Shown here: in pieces, positions 19,024 through 28,047 of the stretch
Layout: the number at the start of each line of letters is the position of its first letter
How positions within the stretch are numbered: the stretch's first letter is position 1
Source: an uncultured archaeon
GTDB lineage: Archaea > Asgardarchaeota > Lokiarchaeia > Sigyniarchaeales > SOKP01
Direction of reading: 5' to 3'
DNA: 47,730 nt
Assembly (NCBI GenBank): GCA_964632315.1
Contig: CAZWEM010000037.1
Location: 1-47,730 of the forward strand
Position numbers and translations under genes: made by a program
The notes under the pieces: model-generated
Seen by the model: only the letters and a program-made list of their open reading frames with translations
What the model was told of the DNA's origin: nothing
Databases searched by the model: none

Positions 19024-19248
19024 CTAGTAATATTACATTTTAGTCCATATAAAAGTTCAACCATTGTACAATGAATAAACTATTGGACTCGTTTTGGATT
19101 ATTTTTACTTAAATATTAAACATTCTATTGTTTTAACAATAAAGAGAAGAATCATTCTCAAATTCTTAAAACCTAAATTTTTATATTAGAATGTATCTAA
19201 TCTTACATTAACGTAAATTTATAACTAATTGAATGTAAAATTAGGGAT

Positions 19249-19803
19249 ATGTCAGATTCTCATAGAAACCGTTATCAGTTCAAAGCATGTGTAATTGGAG
19301 ATCCAGCCGTAGGAAAAACCTCCCTAATTAGCAAATTTACGCAAAGCTCTTTCAAGGAGGAATATATTCGCACTATTGGGGCGCAGTTCACCACATTTGA
19401 GAGAGAAATTGATGGGGATCTGATTAAGCTTTTAATCTGGGACATTGCGGGTCAAAGGGATTTTGATTTCCTTCGACCTTCATTCTTTAATAATAGTAAA
19501 GCAGCAGTTATAGTTTTTAGTTTGGAAGAAAATGAACATGGGAGGAATAGTTTCGAAAATATCCTAAATTGGTATGGAGACGTTCAAAAATTTTGTGGGA
19601 ACATACCCATCATATTATTTGGTAATAAAGTTGATTTGATCGATGAATCAGGACTAAATAAATCTTCCATTGAAGAGATTGTGGATCAAAATAATTTTAT
19701 TGATTTTTTCATAACTTCTGCTAGAACTGGTCAAGGAGTAGAGAAAGCTTTCACAAAACTCATCAAACTACTTCATGATAAATATAAAGTTTTTGTAAAA
19801 TGA
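19249..19803 (+). CDS. Rab-like small GTPase (paralog of 16513..17058)
   Basis: GDPAVGKTS, YIRTIG, WDIAGQ, NKVD, TSAR. Confidence 0.95.
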   Translation: MSDSHRNRYQFKACVIGDPAVGKTSLISKFTQSSFKEEYIRTIGAQFTTFEREIDGDLIKLLIWDIAGQRDFDFLRPSFFNNSKAAVIVFSLEENEHGRNSFENILNWYGDVQKFCGNIPIILFGNKVDLIDESGLNKSSIEEIVDQNNFIDFFITSARTGQGVEKAFTKLIKLLHDKYKVFVK

Positions 19804-19947
19804 AACTTGACATAGTTCATTGATAATCCAATTTTTTATTTTGACTTTCGTGTTAAAAACTATTTATGTACTTTTAGCTCCTTTAGCATTGAAGATTGAA
19901 TGGATTTTTATAAATCCTACCAAATTTTCACAGGAGGGTGAAATATC

Positions 19948-20175
19948 TTGAAACAAGCAGTAATGACTAATGAGGAACTGGATGAAAAACTCTTGAATAG
20001 AACACCACATTCAGGATCTCATCATTATGATGGATTCATGTTTTTAGCTTCCTTTATTGCTTATCGAAGGAAGAAAAAACTTGAACGTCTAAAGAAGCTG
20101 AAAATTATGGGAAAACAAAAAATTGATCAGAGTATTGAATCTTCTAATTATGAAAAAAATATCCATCTAGTTTAA
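19948..20175 (+). CDS. small hypothetical protein, paralog of 20197..20406
   Basis: GGAGGGTGA RBS before TTG; shares LDxxLxxRxPxSGx4DxxM with the next ORF. Confidence 0.7.
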   Translation: MKQAVMTNEELDEKLLNRTPHSGSHHYDGFMFLASFIAYRRKKKLERLKKLKIMGKQKIDQSIESSNYEKNIHLV

Positions 20176-20196
20176 ATTTAAATTGAGGGCTGTATA

Positions 20197-20406
20197 ATGA
20201 GTGAAGAAAAATTTATCGAAGATGATTTAGATAGAATGCTTTTTTATAGAATTCCATCTTCAGGTGTTTGTTTTGAGGACATAGGAATGTTAAGTACTAT
20301 TTATACCCAATGGATGAAGAGACGTAAAGCAAGAAAGCAGGAAAGATCAAAAGTAGAAAATAAAATTGTTGTTACAGAGAATAAGGTAGAAACCATTAAA
20401 GTATAA
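20197..20406 (+). CDS. small hypothetical protein, paralog of 19948..20175
   Basis: GAGG upstream; shared motif; T-run directly after the stop. Confidence 0.7.
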   Translation: MSEEKFIEDDLDRMLFYRIPSSGVCFEDIGMLSTIYTQWMKRRKARKQERSKVENKIVVTENKVETIKV

Positions 20407-20591
20407 CTTTTTTTTATTTAATTTAATTTTAATCTATTCTATTTCCTAAAAATTTCATTTTTGTATTATATGTAAAATCTTTGAGTCCAAATTCGGTTCA
20501 ATAAAATGTTCTCAGTTTCCTTTTTTAAATTATATATGTACTGATGCAATCTTATCTATTAAGAAAATAATTTGTCAAAGATGTAAAATGT

Positions 20592-20864
20592 ATGGCCCAA
20601 ATAATGAATGTTGAATTGTCATCGAATAATAAGGGGGTAATCCATGATCTAATAAGATTACCTGAGAATGCTTCTAAGGAAGAATTTACTTGTGCTTTAT
20701 ACAAGTCAATCGAGAAAGCTTATAGGGTCTTTCTTTTGGAATTACACGAAAAACTTAACAGCGATAAAAGAAAAAATTGGAAAACTATAAATTTGGAATG
20801 CTTTGATGACATCGCGGAATTATTGCGTCAAAGAAACGCCTGGGTCAGTTGTGAATCACTCTAA
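20592..20864 (+). CDS. hypothetical protein (90 aa)
   Basis: ORF with protein-like composition; TTATATAT box upstream. Confidence 0.55.
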   Translation: MAQIMNVELSSNNKGVIHDLIRLPENASKEEFTCALYKSIEKAYRVFLLELHEKLNSDKRKNWKTINLECFDDIAELLRQRNAWVSCESL

Positions 20865-20948
20865 TTGAATTCTAAGAGGGAGAATTCTTTTAGATCTCAA
20901 GCGGGCGAAATCCGCAAGGGAGATGCAGGGGAGGAGGGCATCTTCCTT
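20865..20948 (+). ncRNA. candidate structured RNA element (three abutting hairpins; UTR or sRNA)
   Basis: TCTAAGAG/CTTTTAGA, GCGGG-CGAAA-TCCGC and AAGGGAGATGC/GCATCTTCCTT; locally GC-rich; the G-U pairs work on the + strand. Confidence 0.5.
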
Positions 20949-21028
20949 TAATATTAAATAAGTTAACCTATATTTAAATCACTTTAGAGAGTGAGAAAAG
21001 TAAAAAAATAATGGAGGAGGGATGTGAA

Positions 21029-21196
21029 ATGGTTGAAGATATTATAGAGCAGAGATATGATGAATTAATAGTTCCACTCACGCCAGAAGAACTCGATGAT
21101 ATTGATAAAAAGAGGGTTCTTAAAGAATGGAGGAAGACTTTATCCTATTATTCATTAAATCCTGAAGATTTCAAGTTTCGATTTTCGAGCTTGTGA
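21029..21196 (+). CDS. small acidic hypothetical protein (55 aa)
   Basis: GGAGGAGG lies just upstream of ATG 21029, favouring it over ATG 21011. Confidence 0.6.
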   Translation: MVEDIIEQRYDELIVPLTPEELDDIDKKRVLKEWRKTLSYYSLNPEDFKFRFSSL

Positions 21197-21303
21197 TTTT
21201 CTGGACTTTTATCACGATAATTTGACATTAATGCAAAATCTTTTTTAAGAGTAACATCAAATTTTACTATAACGTATAATTTGAAATCCATGGGTGATAA
21301 AAA

Positions 21304-21516
21304 ATGAGTCGCAATCTTGATGAAACTAATGTAAAGGACCAAGTAATTGAGAAATATGGAAAAGAAGCAGGGGAAAAAATATATCAAGTACTTAAAGAAT
21401 TAGACGAAAATGTAAGAATTAGCTTTGAAAAAGCGATTAAAGAGCAAATGGGAGAAGATGCCGCCGCAGAAATTGATTATGGATTACTCCGGCAATGGAT
21501 CTCCCTAGGAGGATAA
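21304..21516 (+). CDS. 70-aa peptide ending WISLGG; candidate precursor/substrate of the adjacent radical SAM enzyme
   Basis: GGTGA RBS; charged helical-looking body; 44 nt upstream of the radical SAM gene. Confidence 0.75.
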   Translation: MSRNLDETNVKDQVIEKYGKEAGEKIYQVLKELDENVRISFEKAIKEQMGEDAAAEIDYGLLRQWISLGG

Positions 21517-21524
21517 TTATAAAC

Positions 21525-21551
21525 TTCTTTTTTCTTTTTTTTTTGATCTTT
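21525..21551 (+). terminator. oligo-T archaeal terminator-like tract
   Basis: About 27 nt of nearly pure T/C, including long T runs, immediately after the peptide gene. Confidence 0.55.
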
Positions 21552-21560
21552 TGAGGTCAA

Positions 21561-23795
21561 ATGATGATTGAAGATCCACAATTAGATGTTTTGATGGTTT
21601 TTTCAGGAGGAGGTGACTTTGAGGATCCTAAATTCCGATTTGTTCTTGGAGCAGGATATATAATTGCATATTTAAGAGAACACGGTTTTACGGCACAGCA
21701 ATTTGTGTTTAATAGGATGCTTAATGTACAATCGTGTGTCAGAAAAATTCTCGCCCTAAAACCTAAAGTTGTTGGATTTACGGTCTATAATAGCAATATA
21801 ATGCAAAGTATTTTAATTGCTCGTGCGTTGAAATGTTTAAACTCAAATATAATCACTATATTTGGTGGTCCGACTTCGACAATTCAATCAGAAGATATTT
21901 TAAAGGATTACAATGGTGTTGACATATGTGTTAAAGGTGAAGGAGAGGAGGTACTGCTCGAGATATTAGAGTTTCTTTCTCTCAATGATTATGATCTAAA
22001 TAAAATCCCAATTGAGACAATAAAAGGAATCTCTTATAAAAAAGCAAATAGAGTATTTGTGAATCAAAACAGTGAAATTTTGTATTCACATCGATTTGAA
22101 AAAAATTATATTGATAAATATCCTTCACCTTATCTTAAGGAAGTGATTCCTGCTCCTGAAGCAGCTCGATTAGGCATCATAACTGCGCGGGGGTGCAATC
22201 AAAATTGCATATTCTGCAATTGCGCTCTATTAAGTAAAAGAAATATCTATTTTCATTCAATCGATCGAGTGATAGCAGAATTAAAGTATTTAAGCGATAA
22301 TGTAAATGTTAAAACTCCGATTCCGATAAATGATGATGCCTTCACGATAAATCCAGATAGAGCGAAGCTTATATGTGAGAGAATAATACAAAAAGGAATA
22401 AAGATTCCATTAGGGTGCATAACGCGAGCTGATAAAATAAATGAAGAATTACTCGATCTAATGAAATTAGCAGGATTTATCGCTATTGGTTTTTCACTGG
22501 AAAGTGGCGTACCTAAAATTCTAAGATCGTTAGGAAAAGTAATGCCTCCTAATAGTAGTGATAAAGAATATGTAAGAGAGAAAAATTTTATTCAAAAAGT
22601 TACAAAAATGAGTATCTATGCTAAAAAGATTGGTTTGAAATATGTTTTTTTGAGTATTATGATAGGTTTACCCAGAGAATCTGTAAGAAATGCAAAAGAG
22701 ACTTTAAAACTAGTAAAAAAGCTTGATCTTAACTTTTATACCCATAATCATCTTCATCTCTATAAAGGCACTCCAATTTACGAGATTCACGAAAATATTG
22801 GCTATAACATTACTCATATCGGAGAAAGAAACAAATTTTTTACGATTAATGACCATCCTTTTAATTTAAAGAAGGTTAGGATGAATTCTAGAGCAGCAGA
22901 TATACAAAAATTTAAGGTTATTGATTTTAATGCTTTGCAAACCTTTTCATTATCTCCTTTAAATACTAATCAAGAACATTTTTTTAACAACGTCATTATA
23001 GATAATGACCATCTCAAACCTTCGATGGTGCTTTGGATTCAAAAAAACCTTGCTATTAATGGTCATATATTTCATATTTATTCTAATCGGAGAAAATATA
23101 AAGAATTACATCTTAATAATGAAGGATTACTCTATGATGAATTATCCCCGACCAAATATTATGAAAATTACTATTGGCAAAGTAAAAATGGAAGGAAAAT
23201 ACTTAAATCTGGAAGAATATTGACCTATGGTGAGAATGGGGGATTTCCTATTGAATTTAAAGAAACAAAATTTGCTCTGAAGGATTATGTTAATAAGAAT
23301 AAAAATTTATCAAATGTCATCGCTTTTGATAATTCCTTAAATGACACACATGCATTTCTAAAGTTTTATGATACTTTATCCAATAAAAGTGATCCTGTTG
23401 ATTATTTATTTAACAAAAAACTCAATCCACAGTTCTTAAATTTATGTAAGTGGACATCTAATAAAGCTAATTGTCTTAGTTTAGAAACCGCAATTATTAC
23501 GAAGGATGGTATTAAGATTTGCTGGAATGCTGATATAATCAGTAAATTTGATAAAGATTTTTTCGATATAAAATATGAAATAGAATCATTGCGTAATAAT
23601 TTAGAAGAAGATATGAATTGTGGATCTTGTATTAATAAAAAGGATTGCCTAAAGTGCATTTACCCATATCCCTTAAATCATGAGCAATTTTGCGAAAATA
23701 GTTATAAACGAAATAAAAGTGTAGGAAATGTTTTATCTTCATTTAATACAATAAAGGAATTATTATATAAACCAATAAGTCTTTATGATTTTTAA
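21561..23795 (+). CDS. cobalamin-binding radical SAM enzyme with Cys-rich SPASM-like C-terminus
   Basis: B12-binding domain (VVGFTV, IFGGPTST, VKGEGE), TARGCNQNCIFC, C-terminal CKW..NC...KICW...CGSCINKKDCLKCIYP...FC. Confidence 0.9.
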   Translation: MMIEDPQLDVLMVFSGGGDFEDPKFRFVLGAGYIIAYLREHGFTAQQFVFNRMLNVQSCVRKILALKPKVVGFTVYNSNIMQSILIARALKCLNSNIITIFGGPTSTIQSEDILKDYNGVDICVKGEGEEVLLEILEFLSLNDYDLNKIPIETIKGISYKKANRVFVNQNSEILYSHRFEKNYIDKYPSPYLKEVIPAPEAARLGIITARGCNQNCIFCNCALLSKRNIYFHSIDRVIAELKYLSDNVNVKTPIPINDDAFTINPDRAKLICERIIQKGIKIPLGCITRADKINEELLDLMKLAGFIAIGFSLESGVPKILRSLGKVMPPNSSDKEYVREKNFIQKVTKMSIYAKKIGLKYVFLSIMIGLPRESVRNAKETLKLVKKLDLNFYTHNHLHLYKGTPIYEIHENIGYNITHIGERNKFFTINDHPFNLKKVRMNSRAADIQKFKVIDFNALQTFSLSPLNTNQEHFFNNVIIDNDHLKPSMVLWIQKNLAINGHIFHIYSNRRKYKELHLNNEGLLYDELSPTKYYENYYWQSKNGRKILKSGRILTYGENGGFPIEFKETKFALKDYVNKNKNLSNVIAFDNSLNDTHAFLKFYDTLSNKSDPVDYLFNKKLNPQFLNLCKWTSNKANCLSLETAIITKDGIKICWNADIISKFDKDFFDIKYEIESLRNNLEEDMNCGSCINKKDCLKCIYPYPLNHEQFCENSYKRNKSVGNVLSSFNTIKELLYKPISLYDF

Positions 23796-23894
23796 TGAGT
23801 CAATTAACCTAATGGAAGTTTAGAAAGTCTTTTAAGTATGATTTTCATTTTTTGAATTAAATTTTTAGAGATATGTTGAAAAAGAACTATTGAG

Positions 23895-25937
23895 TTGCCT
23901 AATATTACAGAATTAAAAGAAATTGAAACTTATATTTACCACGCTAATTTCGAAAAAGCACTTGAACTTATTTCGAGTTTGGAAGAAAAAGATACAGCAT
24001 CTAAATTCAATCTGTTACTTTTAATTTTAAAAGGTAGATTATTTTCTTATCAAGAGAAGTATAGGAAGGCAGTAGAATTTGGTGAGAAAGCGATTAGTCT
24101 CAGTCGAGAGTTGGTTCTTCCCGTACAATCCATTGATGCATTATTATTAAAATCAAATAGCGTATTTTTAGGAGATTTAGAATATTCCGTAGATTTTATC
24201 AATCAAGCAGAAAAATTAATTAATTTGACTTATGAAAATCCTGCATTAGATGCACCCAGACAATATTCTGATTTTTTAACAATGAAGTTTATCATTCTTC
24301 GTTATGCAAGTAATCTTAAGGAATCTTTTAAAATATTTAATGAGTGGCTTTCGCTATTTGAAGATTCCAGTGAAGAAATTGATAAGTCTAAGGTTTATAT
24401 ACAAATAAGTGAATCTTATTTATACGACAGTAAAGTAAATATCGCATTAGATTATGCTAAAAGAAGTCTTGATATACAGAAGAATTTAGAAAATAAAATT
24501 GGTATCGCATCAAGTTTATACAGCATTGGACAGAGTCATTTTGTTATGGGTGAAATTGAAGAGAGTTTAGATTACTTTAGAAAAGGCCTATCTTTTCCGG
24601 AAATAAGTGTTTTGACTAAACTTGAAGCAATGCATATGACTGGGGCAGTTTTCAAAGAAAAAGGTGAGATAAATCGGGCATTAAGATATTATAAACGATC
24701 AGTAGATTTAGCTAGAAAAGAAGGATATCGGGAAAAATTAGCTAGTCTTATGATGAGTATTGGAACAATATATCGAATGAAAGGGGAATCTAATATAGCA
24801 ACTGAATATTTAAATCAGAGTTTACATTTATGCAGGGAAATAAATTCTTTATATGGCATTTCAGTAAACCTATTTTATTTGATACTAATTTATCTCGAAA
24901 AAGATTTAATTACAGATGCTCAAGCATACTTGTTAAAATTAGAAAAAACAGTAAAACAAACTCAAAGTAGTCAATGGTTTTACTTATATGAGCTAGCTAG
25001 AGCTTTAATTTTTAAGAAAACAAAGAGATTAAAGGCTCATTCAGAAGCAGAAACTATCTTAAAAGAAATCATTGAAAATGGGCTTAATTTAACTCCACAA
25101 CTTCGTTTTTTAACCATTATAAATTTATGTGATTTACTTATAGAAGAGCTAGCAATCACTAATAACGATGAAATTTTAAAAGAATTGACACCTCTGATAA
25201 ATCAGTTGTTAAATTTAGTTAAAAATGCAAACTCTTATCTTTGGTTAGCAGAAACACGACTTCTTCAAGCAAAATTGGCATTAATTCAAATGAATATACG
25301 AGATGCTAAAAAATTGATGGTAGAAGCACAGATGATAGCAGATATCCACGGCCTTAATTTATTAGCAATAAAAATCTCAAATGAACACGACTCCCTTTTA
25401 GATCAATCGCGTTTATGGGATGAGTTGTTACAGACTGCTGCCCCTTACTCGGAAAGAATTAAACTGGCTTCGATAGATGGATTGATCTCTCAAATGCAAG
25501 GTAAAAAACCTCTAGAAGAATTACACGTTATTGATGAAACACCAATATTGTTGTTAATTATGAGCAAAGATGGAATACCCCATTTTACTCATTCATTTAG
25601 AAAAGACTGGGATTTTGAATTCCTATTTAGTTCATTCTTATCAGCATTTAATTCGTTTAGCTCTGAAATTTTTTCAAAAACAATTGATAGAATAAAAATT
25701 GGAGAAAATAAGATTCTTATTAATCCAATTAAAACTTACTTAATATGTTATGTCATTCAAGGGCAATCTTATCCAGCACAAAAGAAATTATATCAATTTA
25801 CTAGGGAAATTGAACAAAATCCTGATATTCTATTAGCTTTAAAACGATCTGTTAAAACATGTCGCTCTTTAGATCTAGATAATACTCCAATGTTAGGTTC
25901 TGTTGTTAGAAAGATTTTTCCTCAAGTAAAGATATAG
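23895..25937 (+). CDS. TPR-repeat protein with C-terminal longin-like domain
   Basis: TPR repeats (ALDYAKRSL..., SIGQSHFVMGEIEESLDYFRKGL); C-terminal LLLIMSKDG...LFSSFLSAFNSFSSEIF resembles the 751..1155 protein. Confidence 0.8.
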   Translation: MPNITELKEIETYIYHANFEKALELISSLEEKDTASKFNLLLLILKGRLFSYQEKYRKAVEFGEKAISLSRELVLPVQSIDALLLKSNSVFLGDLEYSVDFINQAEKLINLTYENPALDAPRQYSDFLTMKFIILRYASNLKESFKIFNEWLSLFEDSSEEIDKSKVYIQISESYLYDSKVNIALDYAKRSLDIQKNLENKIGIASSLYSIGQSHFVMGEIEESLDYFRKGLSFPEISVLTKLEAMHMTGAVFKEKGEINRALRYYKRSVDLARKEGYREKLASLMMSIGTIYRMKGESNIATEYLNQSLHLCREINSLYGISVNLFYLILIYLEKDLITDAQAYLLKLEKTVKQTQSSQWFYLYELARALIFKKTKRLKAHSEAETILKEIIENGLNLTPQLRFLTIINLCDLLIEELAITNNDEILKELTPLINQLLNLVKNANSYLWLAETRLLQAKLALIQMNIRDAKKLMVEAQMIADIHGLNLLAIKISNEHDSLLDQSRLWDELLQTAAPYSERIKLASIDGLISQMQGKKPLEELHVIDETPILLLIMSKDGIPHFTHSFRKDWDFEFLFSSFLSAFNSFSSEIFSKTIDRIKIGENKILINPIKTYLICYVIQGQSYPAQKKLYQFTREIEQNPDILLALKRSVKTCRSLDLDNTPMLGSVVRKIFPQVKI

Positions 25938-25999
25938 AAGATCATACATATTATCCTTTTATAATTCAAAATATTATATCAAGAATAGGAGGATCTAGC

Positions 26000-26344
26000 T
26001 TGATTATAGAATGGAAAAAGTGTGAAAAATGTGGATTTTTACAACATCCAACTCATCTTAGATGTTTAAGGTGCAAGAGTCAAAAATTTACACCCTTGAG
26101 AAATGAAGGTGAAGCTAAATTAATAACCTATACCATTTTAACTGCACCCCCAGCCGAATTTAGAAAGAAAAACTCCTATGCTTTAGGAGTAGTAGAGTTT
26201 GAGAATGGTATAAAAGCTTTAGGTCAAATAGAAAATGAAGGAAATTTAGTGCTTGGTATGAAAATGAGTGCATTTCAAAAGAAAATTTGTGAGAATTTAG
26301 ATGGCCAAGAAGTTATTGATTATGTTTTTAAACCAATCGAATAA
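26000..26344 (+). CDS. DUF35 family Zn-ribbon/OB-fold protein
   Basis: KCEKCG...RCLRC followed by an OB-fold pattern (TYT...YALGVVEFENG.KALGQ); GGAGG RBS. Confidence 0.88.
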   Translation: MIIEWKKCEKCGFLQHPTHLRCLRCKSQKFTPLRNEGEAKLITYTILTAPPAEFRKKNSYALGVVEFENGIKALGQIENEGNLVLGMKMSAFQKKICENLDGQEVIDYVFKPIE

Positions 26345-26361
26345 AATAGCTATAATATTGA

Positions 26362-28047
26362 GTGATTAAGATGTTTTCGAAAGAGAATATTAAAAAAATT
26401 GAAGAAGAACGTAAAAATTGGGAAAATAATGTCTTAAAACCCGCTACGGAGAATGGCGAACGAAAAAAACAATTCGAATCTCCCTCAGGAATTCCATTAA
26501 AACCATTATATGGACCAGAAGATGTTCAAGAAATGGATTATATTAATGACTTAGGATTTCCTGGATCACCTCCATTCACAAGAGGTGTATATCCTAACAT
26601 GTATCGAGGAAGAGTCTGGACGATGCGACAATATGCGGGATTTGCTGATGCTGAAAAAACTAATGAACGGTTCAAATATTTAATTTCACAAGGTCAAAAA
26701 GGACTTTCAATTGCTTTCGATTTACCTACTCAGATGGGATTTAATTCTGATAGTCAAATTTGTTTAGGAGAAGTGGGGAGAGTAGGGGTTACCGTTAATA
26801 CTTTATACGATTTTGAAAAAGTATTTGAAGGAATCCCTTTAAATAAAGTATCTACCAGTATGACTATTAATGCCCCTGCTTCAGTGCTTTTAGCTATGTA
26901 CATCGCAGTGGGAGAGAAACAGGGTGTAAAACCTGAATTATTGATGGGCACAGTTCAAAATGATATCCTAAAAGAATACGTGGCGCGAGGTACTTATATC
27001 TTTCCTCCAGGGCCTTCTTTGCGATTAGTCGCAGATGTTATTGAATATTGTTCAAATCACCTACCAAGATTTAATACAATCTCAATAAGTGGATATCACA
27101 TGAGAGAAGCGGGTTGTAGTGCAGTTCAAGAGATTGCTTTTACTATAGCTGATGGAATAGCATACGTACAAGAGGTTATCAAAAGAGGAATTGATATCGA
27201 TGATTTTGCTCTCCGATTATCATTCTTTTTTACAACCCATTCCAATTTTTTCGAAGAAATTGCGAAATTAAGAGCTGCAAGGCGTCTATGGGCAAAAATT
27301 ATGAAAGAAAGATTTAAAGCAAAAAATACTAATTCCCAACGCTTAAGATTCCATACTCAAACTGCAGGAGTAACGTTAACAGCCCAACAACCAAATGTGA
27401 ATATTATTAGAGTTACGGTAGAGGCTTTAGCTGCTATTTTAGGTGGAACTCAATCACTTCATACTTGTGGAGCTGATGAAGCTCTGTCTCTTCCAACAGA
27501 AGATTCCGTAAGAATTTCTTTAAGGACACAACAAGTATTAGCAAATGAATCTGGGGTTACTGACGTCGTGGATCCACTTGGAGGTTCATACTACATCGAA
27601 TATCTTACAACTCAACTTGAAGAAAAAGCTATGGAGTACATTAACAAAATTGATGATATGGGTGGTATAACAAGAGCAATAGAAACTGGATTCATTCAAC
27701 AAGAAGTTCTGAATAATGCATATAAAGAACAATTAAAAATTGAGAGTAGAGAAACCAACATTATAGGAGTGAATACCTATTGTACTGATGAAGAATGTAA
27801 GATCAACACATTCAAACACGATAAAGATGAAGAGAAACGAATTATTGACAATTTGAACAATTTCAAGCAAGAGAGAGATGAAAAATTAATAAAAGAAGCT
27901 TTAAATAAACTAGAAAAGGTCGCAAGAACTAACGATAACATAATGCCCGTGATGATTGAAACTGTAAAAGCATATGCAACTATACAAGAGATATGCGATG
28001 CTTTAAGAGAAGTGTATGGAGTTTATGAAAGTCCTCAGGTTTTTTAG
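26362..28047 (+). CDS. methylmalonyl-CoA mutase family, large (substrate-binding) subunit
   Basis: PFTRGVYPNMY, WTMRQYAGF, QNDILKEY, SISGYH; no B12-binding domain; the start may be ATG 26371. Confidence 0.95.
   Translation: MIKMFSKENIKKIEEERKNWENNVLKPATENGERKKQFESPSGIPLKPLYGPEDVQEMDYINDLGFPGSPPFTRGVYPNMYRGRVWTMRQYAGFADAEKTNERFKYLISQGQKGLSIAFDLPTQMGFNSDSQICLGEVGRVGVTVNTLYDFEKVFEGIPLNKVSTSMTINAPASVLLAMYIAVGEKQGVKPELLMGTVQNDILKEYVARGTYIFPPGPSLRLVADVIEYCSNHLPRFNTISISGYHMREAGCSAVQEIAFTIADGIAYVQEVIKRGIDIDDFALRLSFFFTTHSNFFEEIAKLRAARRLWAKIMKERFKAKNTNSQRLRFHTQTAGVTLTAQQPNVNIIRVTVEALAAILGGTQSLHTCGADEALSLPTEDSVRISLRTQQVLANESGVTDVVDPLGGSYYIEYLTTQLEEKAMEYINKIDDMGGITRAIETGFIQQEVLNNAYKEQLKIESRETNIIGVNTYCTDEECKINTFKHDKDEEKRIIDNLNNFKQERDEKLIKEALNKLEKVARTNDNIMPVMIETVKAYATIQEICDALREVYGVYESPQVF

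Noticed and set aside
20865-20948. tRNA, SECIS or known riboswitch identity for the hairpin cluster
   Set aside because: No cloverleaf or TTC loop, no in-frame TGA selenoprotein candidate identified nearby, and no consensus I recognise.
21304-21516. Calling the GG-ending peptide ubiquitin, SAMP or Pup
   Set aside because: No beta-grasp pattern and no GGE/GGQ terminus; no E1 or PafA-like gene in the window. Kept only as a hypothesis.
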